In this document: in pieces, positions 36,159 through 47,310 of the stretch | Layout of the letters: each line of letters starts with the position of its first letter | Numbering within the stretch: position 1 is the first letter of the stretch | Notes under the pieces: model-generated | Told to the model about the DNA's origin: nothing | The model's input: the letters and a program-made list of their open reading frames with translations, nothing else | Database searches by the model: none | Translations under genes and position numbers: made by a program | From: Ginglymostoma cirratum | Taxonomy: Eukaryota | NCBI GenBank assembly: GCA_024137785.1 | Contig: JAHRHZ010000002.1 | Location: forward strand, 9,724,049 to 9,780,693 | Direction: 5' to 3' | DNA: 56,645 nucleotides

Positions 36159-37156
36159 CAAGGGCAACCAGGGATGGGTAACAAATATTGGAATAGCCAT
36201 CCTATTGAAAATGAAAACATTGCCAGCACATCACATGTTATTTGGGAGTAATTGTATGTCAGAGGGTAGCAATCTTTGATCATGGTTGAATCACTGAATG
36301 AAACATTTTGAGACAAAAAATATAGAGTCACTGGTTGTCCTAAGATGCATATGCGCATTCAAAATTAGAAACATGATTGTGCGATTTTATGTTTCCGTAA
36401 ACATTTACTCTTCACCATGGAATCCTATTTGCTTGAAACTCAGCTGCCAAGATTTTATAACTTTGAATAGCATTGACTTTATGTAAAGGCAATGAGTTAA
36501 TGTTGTTCACTGAACACTGAACTCAAGCTAATATATTCATATTAAACTGGGAGCAGTACGAAATGCTGATAAAGAGTAGAAATTGACTTGAGGACTTAAT
36601 TTTGCATATTGACATCAGCTTGGCCATTTAACTATTAACGTTCGGTCATTTGGGAGAACAGACTGCTGTTAAAAAAGTGTTAATTCATTCAACTGTGTTG
36701 TTTTCTTTCAAAATAATAATTGGAATTTTAACGATTGAAACAGAACTGTGAGAAACATTAACAGGCGGTGCGCATGCTAGAATGCATTTGCATTATATTT
36801 TGTGGAAGAAAAGCTTTGAAATGTATATTTTACAGCAGGCACCCATTAATAAACAATATAAAGTTGAAAACTACTTCTTAAACAGGCATATTTTATGATG
36901 CTTATAATTTAGACAACTTTGACTCCCGGGTCATTCGTAAATCTCATCAAATAATCAATCCATACCTCTTTTATGACAGACATTATACATTTAATGGATA
37001 TTATTGAAAGATACATCCAATATTATATATAATCATTGTCTATTTGAATCATAATGTGGATACATGATTTACATACATTTATGGATTATCTAATGAAAAT
37101 CTTCATCAATCAAAAGGATTAAATGTTCATATCATTCTGCATGTTGTATTTTTTTT

Positions 37157-38470
37157 TAACCTTAATGCACCAATATTTTTGTACTGACAAAATAGGAAAT
37201 GTTTGAAAGTTTTCCTGAAGACATTCTTGCACAGTATATAACAGACTAGGTTACCAGCGCTGTTAATGTAGCAGAGCCAATATTTAAAAATCCAGAGTGT
37301 GCTGGGGACACAGAGTAAACAGACATTTAAATGACAATCGTAATAATGTTTCCAGGTGATGACAAATACTTCAAGGATGGCCAGAATGGTACTAGTTACT
37401 TCTGTCTCTCCTGTTACCTTCTTCTTGGTGGGCTTCTCGGCTATTTTAATGATTTTGTGGGACAGTGTCAGTTCTCTCTCTTTCCCATGCTTGTCATTGA
37501 CACCTATGACTGTTCTGACTGCCGTGTCACAGTTGTCACTTTTTTAAGACTTCATAACTGTCTGATTGCACACAGGCTTCGTTATATCCAGCCTGGGTGG
37601 GCATGGTACAAAAGTTCTCTTGAAGCAGCTTGTCCTTATTCTGGTTCAGTGAAACTACACTGAGTCACATGAGTCATTGAGTTGCTCATTCTTCTCTCCT
37701 GGTCCATAACTATCAGGTGTTATTTCAGCAGTTACTTTTCCATTTTGCACATTGAAATGTGCGCCCCTCCATCCCCACCACTTTAAGGACATTTGGTATG
37801 TTGGTGCTATTCATTATTATTAATAGTACTTTTTCATCCTTCACGAGACTAGAACAAAGGCACTTCTTGCTTGAGATAATTACTTTTTGTCCCCTTTTAT
37901 TCAACTCTTACTGACACAAGACATAAGCACAGATAATATCACCATGACAACAATGGAGCGGTCGAAGAAATCTATAGTATTGCCAAGAGTGACAGCTGTA
38001 TGGAACACTTACCTTCAGTAACTGTCTGCCTCCCCGTAATGAACTGTCAGAAGAGAATATCAGGAGCCTACAGGATAAATAGCAACACCCAAGCAGCTGC
38101 AATCATCATCATTGCCATCTTAGGTGTTCTCTTCATGAGGTAGGTAAGGGGCATTGATACAGAAAGTCACGGTCAGAAAGCTGATGATGAGGCCCTTCAT
38201 AACAGAGGCATAAGCTATGAAATAATCTACAACACGCCCATAAATCACAAACCATTGGGCCTGCAGACCAGTTGCCAATTTTCAAAAATGGTGTTCAGAT
38301 TCATAGAGAATGCACCAACAATCAAATCAGCACAGGCTAAGCTGAAAATAAAGTAGTTATTAACATTTACAAATATCTGTTTATTTTAGTAAAAACTAGG
38401 ACCAAAATGTTTCCAAACTTAATGATTCTGTCGCAATGGAATAGAAATGCAGACCACTTATTGCAAAATT
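37157..38470 (-). pseudogene. Muscarinic acetylcholine receptor M2/M4-type pseudogene (intronless, multiple stops and frameshifts)
   Basis: Minus-strand translation gives [91 protein letters not shown] and FRKTFKHFLFCQYKNIGA. The last is the CHRM2/CHRM4 C-terminal signature. Confidence 0.9.
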
Positions 38471-38586
38471 AATTATGAATTAACAGCTAAGTCTATGTCA
38501 GATGGAATGAAGATATTGATGAGTGACACGGTAAGCATTTCTTTTGGGTTTTGGTTTCATTGATCAAATATGTCTAGATGAATTAG

Positions 38587-38812
38587 CTTAAATGGACTCA
38601 AAGAACAAGAGTTCTGGCAGCCTCTGTGAAGAGTTCTATGTCTTTATTACCAAAGATTACTTAGGTTCAACCATCAATGGTTTTAGAAAACAATATACTA
38701 CAAACTGAAAAGTAGCTGGCAAAATGTTTCCACAATGTTTGGTGTCAATCTGTGCAAGTTATGTCATCACATTATGACTGGATGTCTGTAATTTCTCAAA
38801 TATCCAGAAGTG
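38587..38812 (+). repeat. Local duplication, copy 1 (block order B-A)
   Basis: 38632-38812 is nearly identical to 41000-41188; 38587-38632 is nearly identical to 41248-41293. Confidence 0.9.
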
Positions 38813-40999
38813 GTTGGTAGGGTAGTTTCACCTCCTTTATTCCTTAAAGTTCATAAATCAAGAAGCAAACTGACCTGAACTATGAAAAGTTAGATCACAT
38901 AAACAAGAATGACAAAAAGAATAGGTGCTTTTCTTTTATCAGTCCCTCATATAATTGGCAAGCATACTAAAAAACAAGAAGATTTGAGTTCATTGGGCAT
39001 GCGAGGTGTTTCCGGAGCAAGTACCAGACTGCAGATTGTGGTGAAATATCTTGCATAATGGTGTTCCAACTTCATCCCTCAGGCAAAATCCCAGACAAGA
39101 CTGGGCTTTACTTTCATAGAGATTAACACATATGCATGTAGAAAGTTACAGTGCTATGGAGAAACATCAGGAAAATGGAATCAGCGGTAAAACTTTTCAG
39201 AGAGCTGATTCAGACCTAATGGACTAAGTGGTGCCCTCTGCCCTTTAACATTCTAAGATTTCTCCTTGCCTTTATTTTTTCCAAACCACATGGTTCTAGA
39301 TTTCGGTGCTAATTAACAGGCTAAAACTCTGATACACTGCCCATGTAACAACACTTTGCTACATCTAATATGTTGTTTCATTTCAGCTAGAAACAGATGA
39401 TTGAGCAGTGCAAGCACATGAGAATTAAATGACTGTTGCTAAATCCCAATGATTTGACAGATTATGTGATCTCAACAAACTTTGCCTTAGCACAATTGGC
39501 AGAAATTCACCAAGCCCATGAATGCCCGGAAGTTATATTGGGATTGAACTTCCACCAGGAATATTTCAAGCAGTGGTGAGTACAGCAGCTTGGCTGCTCA
39601 CCCCTTGGAAGTGGGCAGCCATTTCAGACAGTTAAGGGTTATTTTACCAAGTTGCTGATATTTTTTACAGTTGCAAAATTGGAACTTGCCCCATGCCAGG
39701 GCATTGGCTGTGAGAAAATAACCTCCCTGCTTCTTCTTGAGGGGACTGACACCTCAGAAAGGAAGGTTCCATGGCTTGATGAAGGATCTTCCAGTCCCAA
39801 TGCCCATCCAGACATAAATCATCAGAGGCTGCCAAATTAACCCTGGCAAGAATTGAAAGAATATTCTGTATCTGCAACTTTATGATGGTACTTTAATATG
39901 GAAGTACAGCAACAAAACCCTGCCAATTCAATAATGGCCAACTCTATCTCTCTCATTCTCTGTCTGTCAATGATCTAAGAGTTGCCATTAACCACTACAT
40001 GAATTTATTAATCGGCCCATCCCTCTGGCTGCTCAGCAATGCCTCATGCTGACATTGCACAACACCTTGCTCATAGGAGCTGGCAGTGGGGCAAATCTAT
40101 CGATGGGTACCCTCATAAATTTTTTTGACTTTCCATCTGAGTGTTTTCCAATGTCTCAGGAACCAGCCCATTACTCATTTGTGTGTTGTGGTCACTCAGA
40201 ATATTCCCCTGGCTTTGGCCCTTCTGCCTTTCTAGGAAGATCTCACTATATAATTTACAGCACAGGAACAGTCTAATGGCTCAACAAGACTTTAATCAGT
40301 ATTGCTGAGGAACAGTGAACCCCCATTTTCAATATTCTGCACTTCCCTTCAGCATTTTCTTCTATTCCTATCTCCCTCATGAATTCATTTATTAGCTGTT
40401 AAGTGCATCTACACCTGTTGCCTCAATCATAGAAACTCCACAAGTTCACCAAGATATTTATTCTGAATTCATTCTTGGAGGCTTCAGTCACTGCCGTTCA
40501 TTTCTGACATGCCACTATGATTTTCCTTGCAAGTCGACAATTTTGTCAAGCAAAAGGTTTCATGGTGAAATACAGCTATCAGAACTTACTTCACTCTTCC
40601 CTCAGTAGATTTTTAAAGCAAGTTTTCAGCATGTGTTATGCTTTGCCATTATCCATGTTTATAACAGCCATCTTTCCTTCAGGATGTTTCACTTTCTGTA
40701 TCTGAGCCCGACCTTCATTTCTTATCTCTATTGTCTTGCCATTTTGTTTCAAGACTTTTCTGTCTTTAAACCTCATTCGGGAACAAAATGGACTGTTGCT
40801 CACTTTTTTTCACGAAAACCCCATTGATACAACAACATCACTAAAGTTGCACTTTCAGAAATAAATTTTGAGATAAACAGGTCAGGAAAAGGCATGAAAA
40901 AGTGTGCATTCATTTCATTAGTTTCAAACTAAGTTATGAAATGTCAATACTTCAGTCGGATGTTGCAGGCAGGCTTGTAGGCAAGGAAAGTCAAAAGAA

Positions 41000-41293
41000 T
41001 TCTGTGTCTTTATTACCAAAGATTACTTAGGTTCAACCATCAATGGTTTTAGAAAACAACATACTACAAACTGAAAAGTAGTTGGCAAAATTTTTCCACA
41101 ATGTTTGGTGTAAATCTGTGCAAGTTATGTCATCACATTATGACTGGATCCCTGTAATTTCTCAAATATCTGCTACTGCCCAGAAGTGATTGAAGGGAAA
41201 ATAAGAAAACTTGCAGAAGACAGAGGGACCATATGAAGCCAAAGGACTTAAATGGACTCAAAGAACAAGAGTTCTGGCAGCCGCTATGAAGAG
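41000..41293 (+). repeat. Local duplication, copy 2 (block order A-spacer-B)
   Basis: tctttattaccaaagattacttaggttcaaccatcaatgg... is shared with 38641 onward. Confidence 0.9.
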
Positions 41294-41305
41294 ACAAACA
41301 TAAAG

Positions 41306-41470
41306 CTCAGCAGGTTTGGCAGCATCTGTGAAGGAAAAAACAGACTCAACGTTTCGTGTCCAGTGACCCTTCCTCAGTTTTTTTCCTTCACAGATATTGC
41401 CAGACCTGCTTGTCCAGCAACTTTGCTTTTGTTCCTGATTTAAGCATCTGCAATTCTTTCGTTTTTTATT
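41306..41470. mobile_element. Palindromic hammerhead-bearing element (subfamily B)
   Basis: 13-bp TSD gacaaacataaag (41293-41305 and 41471-41483); on - CTGAGGA-agggtcactggacac-GAAACGTT. Confidence 0.85.
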
Positions 41471-41504
41471 GACAAACATAAAGTTGTGAGTATGGTGTGA
41501 CTTC

Positions 41505-41645
41505 TCCAGCCCTGAAGAAGAATCATATCAGACTCAAAATGTTAGCAATGATTTTGTCTCCGCCAATACTGTCAGAGCTGCTGAGTTTCTCCAACATTCT
41601 CTATATTTGTTTCAGATCTACAGAATCCGCAGTATCTTGCTTTTA
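41505..41645 (+). mobile_element. Hammerhead-bearing element, single arm (GAGTC/GACTC stem type)
   Basis: CTGAAGA-agaatcatatcagactc-AAAATGTTagc...ctgctgagtttctccaac. Confidence 0.65.
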
Positions 41646-41667
41646 TCACATGCGAGACAGTATCAAA

Positions 41668-42416
41668 GTTAGTAGGAACTGCAGATGCTGGAGCTGCTGC
41701 GATAACAAGGTGTAGAGCTGGATGAACACAGCAGGCCAAGCAGCATCAGAGGAGCAGGAAGGCTGACGCGTCAGGCCTAGGCCCTTCTTCTTTTCTAAAG
41801 AAGGGTCTAGGCCCGAAGCGTCAGCATTCCTGCTCCTCTGATGCTGCTTGGCCTGCTGNNNNNNNNNNNNNNNNNNNNNNNNNNNNNNNNNNNNNNNNNN
41901 NNNNNNNNNNNNNNNNNNNNNNNNNNNNNNNNNNNNNNNNNNNNNNNNNNNNNNNNNNNNNNNNNNNNNNNNNNNNNNNNNNNNNNNNNNNNNNNNNNNN
42001 NNNNNNNNNNNNNNNNNNNNNNNNNNNNNNNNNNNNNNNNNNNNNNNNNNNNNNNNNNNNNNNNNNNNNNNNNNNNNNNNNNNNNNNNNNNNNNNNNNNN
42101 NNNNNNNNNNNNNNNNNNNNNNNNNNNNNNNNNNNNNNNNNNNNNNNNNNNNNNNNNNNNNNNNNNNNNNNNNNNNNNNNNNNNNNNNNNNNNNNNNNNN
42201 NNNNNNNNNNNNNNNNNNNNNNNNNNNNNNNNNNNNNNNNNNNNNNNNNNNNNNNNNNCAGCAGGCCAAGCAGCATCAGAGGAGCAGGAATGCTGACGCT
42301 TCGGGCCTAGACCCTTCTTTAGAAAAGAAGAAGGGCCTAGGCCTGACGCGTCAGCCTTCCTGCTCCTCTGATGCTGCTTGGCCTGCTGTGTTCATCCAGC
42401 TCTACACCTTGTTATC
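41668..42416. mobile_element. Palindromic subfamily A element spanning a probably artefactual gap
   Basis: 11-bp TSD acagtatcaaa at 41657-41667 and 42417-42427; the two gap flanks are exact reverse complements. Confidence 0.85.
41859..42258. other. Assembly gap (400 N)
   Basis: Run of N. Confidence 1.
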
Positions 42417-43285
42417 ACAGTATCAAAACACCTCTTGCAGTATTAAAAATGACGTTATTCTCATGTCGTGTTGCTTCTTTCATCAATGACCTTAAATCTC
42501 CTGATTCTCGTTTGGCAGTTTTTTGAGATTCCTCAGGGATTTGCATACCCTGATCAAATCTCCTGTCAATCTTTACTTCGCCTTGAAAAGTAATCTTAAA
42601 CTTTCCAATCTATCAATTTAACTGAAGTTCCTCATCTTGGAAACAGTTGCACACATCTTTCCTGCGCCCTTTGTAATGCCATTGGTAAGGCCCTAAAGTA
42701 TGGTCCTAGCATTAGACACCATGTTCGATTTATTGGTGAAATAATGTGTCATACAAGTCAACGTAGCATCTTGCCTTTCTACTTTCTGCCATTTTACATA
42801 AAACACAAAAATTTGTATGCTTCGTTAACCACTTTCTTAACTTTTACTGAATTCAGTGGATATGCAGCAAAGACCAATCGGTCCTGCAACCTTGATAAAC
42901 TTACATATTGTATCTTATGCTGTTTTCCAAAAAGCATGACTAACTTTGCACTTCTCCTCATGAAATTTTGATAGCCACTTTTTTGCCCATTTCACCAACA
43001 TATTTATGTTTCTGAGATGCTCCACCCTATGTACTTCAAGGTTCACAATGCTTCCTACTACCCTTTTGAATTCCATGAGTTATAACTTTGATCATGAGTC
43101 AGTTGCAGCGCACTTTACGACATATCCTTTGAAGCCCATGTAGCTCACATAAACCACATCACCCTCATTAATGGTCACATCTTGATCTTAAAACAATCTT
43201 CAGCAATATGGTTAAACAATCTGACTAGTTTTAGACAGTCGATTTATCTTCACACATGTTTACAAACAAGGATTCAAAATTTGCA

Positions 43286-43404
43286 GAGATAGTAGGAACG
43301 GCAGATGCTGGAGAATCTGAGAAAGCAAGGTATAGAGCTGGATGAACACAGCAGGCCAAGCAGCATCAGACGAGCAGGAAAGCTGACATTTCGGGCCTAG
43401 ACCC
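43286..43404 (-). mobile_element. Hammerhead-family element (subfamily A), single arm
   Basis: gagatagtaggaacggcagatgctggagaatctgag...tttcgggcctagaccc. Confidence 0.8.
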
Positions 43405-43879
43405 AATGTGCAATTTTCCAATCATTATGCACTCCCTGTGATTCTAAGTAATACTGTAATGTTATGGTGAGTCCCTCAACCATTACCACATGTTGTCAAA
43501 TGACTTTAAAGGCAGTATGACCAATACAACGTCCTTATTGATACTAGATATGTCGACTACTGCAATACTTTCACTTCCACAAATAACTGGGTCACATCTC
43601 CTTCCTCAGCTGAGAAACTACCAATTGTGCACAAACTATAGCGTAGACAGCTTTTACAAATCTCTTGTTTTGTTCCTAATCATTTATTTTCCTCTTACCT
43701 ACTATGATTTTACTATTTATGTGTTGATAGAATTCTTGAGAACTTTTCAATGGTGGCTACAAGCTGCTTTTCAAACTATCTCTTTACCAAAATCTCCAAT
43801 TCAGTCTTGGAAACACAACTCTCTCCTCCCCATCCCACTCGTTGATGCATTTCTGGTAGTTTCGCCTTTTGGACACTAG

Positions 43880-44142
43880 ATAGCGCAGGTCTAAAGTCAG
43901 AAAGAAGAGGTGCAAAAGCGTCCAGAGGCACAATTTTTTCACACTGAGGATGGTGTGTCTGGAACTGGCTGCCAGACGTAGTCGTGGAAATGACTACAAT
44001 TTCATCGTTTCAGAAGTAGTTAGAATGGATAGCTTCGGAGGGCAATGGACCAGATGCAAGCAAATGGGACTACTTTGTTATGAAGCCTGGGCAGCACTGG
44101 CAAGTTGCGCTGAAGAGCTGTTTCCATGCTGCAGAGCTCTAT
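43880..44142 (+). mobile_element. CR1 3' end, degenerate
   Basis: tttttcacactgaggatggtgtgtctggaac...tgtttccatgctg. Confidence 0.7.
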
Positions 44143-44655
44143 AAAAGCAACCAGTAGCTTAAAATTAATGTTTTAAACATGCAATAATGCGTATTGATAG
44201 CCCTTGTGAAAAGAGAAGATAATCATCGCTGAAGATCCAGCAGAAAAGAACTGAGTGTTGCAGTTCGTATTGAAACCGTCAAAATTGCAGTAAAGAGAAT
44301 TTGTGAGAGGAAGGTTATATTTGGGTATAAGGAGCAGCAAATAAGTTTAAACAATTTCAAAAAATAATTTTGAATGGTTTCAAAAGTATGATTGGAAAGA
44401 ATTACGCTATCATTTGAAGTGATGGTAAACTTATTTTTGGAAGCATGTGTATACCCATTGTAATATCGTCACCTAGAAAATGAAATGTTTATGTGAAGTC
44501 AAGAGTTGACAGAAAATGAGCTGGATGACTGGTACTGGATTCTGAGTTATTGGAGTGAAATTTCTCAACAACTATCCATACTTGTTCTGACAGATTTCAA
44601 GCATTTGGCCATCATGTGTATCAAGGTGTGTGGCATTTCTGACATATAAACTATG

Positions 44656-45410
44656 TGTCTTGGATCAGAGCGTGTATCCAAGCGGTTCTTTTCCGATTTG
44701 GTAAATATAATTGAGAGAAGTCTCGACCACAGCAATTTGCTTAAATATAAATGTTTATTAAGTAAGAATAATGATTATAATGGCAAAAACAAATGATTAC
44801 AGTGGTAATAATAAATGGAAAAGAAAAGAGGGAAAGGAAGCAACAAGTCTCAAGACTCTTTAGAAAAAGTAACAAGGCTTATGTTCTTCTGACTGTCGGG
44901 GACCCCTCACTTGATGCCTGGTCTAGAGGCTTCGATTCGTTCTTAGCGCATTTCACGATTCGGAGCCAAAGCGAAGTCCAGCAGCAACAGCTTGGACCGA
45001 AACTTTCTCTCTCTTGTGCAGTGTGGCAAACAAAGCAGATACAGCAAGACAAAACTGCTGGCTGGTACGGGGAACAGGAAACTAAAGAACTGCGAATGCT
45101 GTAAATCGGGAACAAAAACAGAAGTTGCTGGGAAAGCTCAGCAGGTCCGGCAGCATCTCCAAAGAAAAAAAATCATTTTGAATTAACGTTTCGGGTCCGG
45201 TGACCCTTCCTCGGAACGGGGTGAGAAAACATGTGCAGGTGTCATCTTCGGCTGGGAAAGGAATATTTGCAGGACTCATTCAGGGTCATGCAGCTTTTTA
45301 AGTATTATTCTGAACTTTCCCAGCATATCCCCCCATCCTGTCCAATCTATTTTCTCATGCAGCTGTCGAATATCATCATTAACATTTGGCCCTTCGACCC
45401 ATCCTACATA
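44656..45410 (-). mobile_element. Solo LTR with a nested hammerhead element; same family as 13119-13672
   Basis: Perfect 5-bp TSD ctatg at 44651-44655 and 45411-45415; colinear with 13119-13672 apart from an insert at about 45084-45218. Confidence 0.82.
45084..45218 (-). mobile_element. Hammerhead-bearing element (subfamily B) inside the LTR
   Basis: On -: gtt-CCGAGGA-a-gggtc-accg-gaccc-GAAACGTT-aat; absent from the other LTR copy. Confidence 0.85.
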
Positions 45411-46148
45411 CTATGTTAGACATTCGAAAAGGCCGGTGTTCTTAAAACGAGCACATCAGCTGACGGAATGGTGCAAACATTGGTATTTCTTTCATTAAGC
45501 TCGGACCGAATATGTTGTGTAATAACTAAAACGACATAACATTAGGGGATTAAAAAAATTCAGTCACTAGGTGTAAAACTGCATTCCTCTTGGCCACAGT
45601 GGTTGCAGATTGAGCAACTGTTACATCAACGAATTGGAGCTGGTTCTTTTCCTTTGGAGGTTTTGGCGGCGTCTGCACCGGCAACGGATTGAATGATCTC
45701 TCGAGCGAACGCTCTCTCGGTCTTGGGCAGTTACTTTGCACAGTCAACCAGTTCTCTGAAGTTGAGAATGGGCCCCAGTTCTTGAGAGTTGGTACAGTTT
45801 CTTGGCAATGGCTGCAGTCAGGCGCCTTTTGCGGAGGTGACATTCTGCTCCCGGTCAGTGCCAGCGGGGGCTGCTTCAGCGTGCTTCCTCTTTGGTGTTG
45901 AGGCCTCAGAGACAGCTTTGGTCGCTGCGGTGTGAAATGCATCCTGTAGCTTCTTAGGAAATCAAAAAGCAGTGTATGGAACAAAAAACGGAAATTTGGC
46001 CTAAAGTTATATGACTTGTTTCCTTTTATAATCTTTGTAATTAAAATGGTGACTTGTACATATTTTACAGTATTTTCATAAATACATGTAACAATAATTT
46101 ACTTTTATAATTATTACCTGACTGAAAACAATAAGAAAAGCAGCACAA

Positions 46149-46286
46149 GGTAACAAGGTGTGGAGCTGGATGAACATAGCAGGCCAAAGCTTTCCTGCTG
46201 CTATGATGTTGCTTGGCCTGCTGTGTTCACCCAGCTCCACACCTTGTTATCTTGGATTCTCCAGCATCTGCAGTTCCTATTATCTC
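46149..46286. mobile_element. Palindromic subfamily A element with the central core deleted
   Basis: Perfect 15-bp TSD agaaaagcagcacaa at 46134-46148 and 46287-46301. Confidence 0.88.
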
Positions 46287-46340
46287 AGAAAAGCAGCACA
46301 ATATCAGTTATAGAAATAATAGCTGAACATTAAGACTCAC

Positions 46341-46421
46341 CAGAACACCAACAGCAGCAATGAGGGGATAGTAAATCTTTGCTGAATCAGCAACGAAATA
46401 ATATAACATCAACTGGTCCAT
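46341..46421 (-). pseudogene. Orphan exon 1 of a third GPR139-like GPCR
   Basis: MDQLMLYYFVADSAKIYYPLIAAVGVL followed by a GTGAG donor; homologous to the other two first exons but phase 0 rather than phase 1; no matching exon 2 found nearby. Confidence 0.7.
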
Positions 46422-46894
46422 ATTGGTGGAGTGATCCAATCCTTTTAAGGCTAGAAATTATCCTCCAACTTTATCACATTAAGTGATACAGCATATGATA
46501 CAACATATGTCGGTGAAAAAAGTAAAACTTTCCAGTGATCCAACTCAGTTCTGTGGATTCTGATATTAATTATAGTCAGCGAATAAAATATGACCATAAG
46601 GAATTGTTCCCTTGAAAGGCCTGAAATGATCCCAAGATAAACATGCCCTGAAACCAACGCAATCCTGTTTGATTGTATTCCACCCTGTGAGGTGATGATT
46701 TAGTCTTTGTGGTTAACTCTGTTTTAGGAATCTACTGGTTTGACTGAAATGACAGTCACTGGCACTTTTGATAAACCTGAGGAATATAGGTCATGTGTAA
46801 GTGTACTCAGAGCCGATGGATTAACTGCAAACTGGACATGAAACAATGGGTATATATCACTGTAGAAAGTCATTTAGTAGATGCCCTGTATTTT

Positions 46895-47310
46895 TATGGA
46901 GAGGCTGCTTAGGCTGGGGCTGTTTCTCCTTGGAGCAATGGAGGCTAAGGCTATAGAGATTTATGAAATCACGAGGGGCATGGATTGGGCGAATAACCAA
47001 GGCTTTTTTCCGAGGGTGGGGGAATCCAAACCAGACGGCATAGGTTTAAGGTAAGAGGGGAAAGATTTAAAAGACATCCTGAGTCGTAACTTTGTCACAC
47101 AGAGGGTGTACCATGTTTGGAAAGAGCTGCAAAAGGAAATGGTAGAGGCAGGTACAATTACAACATTTAAAAGGCATCTAGATGGGTATATGAATAGGAA
47201 GAGTTCAGAGAGATATGAGCCAAATGCTGGCAAAAGGGACGACATCAGATTGAGATGCCTAGTCATAATATGAGTTCGACCGAAGGGTCTGTTTCAATAC
47301 TGTGTGACTT
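46895..47310 (+). mobile_element. CR1/HER1 LINE 3' fragment
   Basis: ggggctgtttctccttggag...cacacagagggtgtacc...ggtacaattacaacatttaaaaggcatc. Confidence 0.88.

Noticed and set aside
13119-45410. One giant LTR element bounded by the two homologous LTRs
   Set aside because: The second LTR has its own perfect TSD, the flanks differ, and no gag/pol lies between them.
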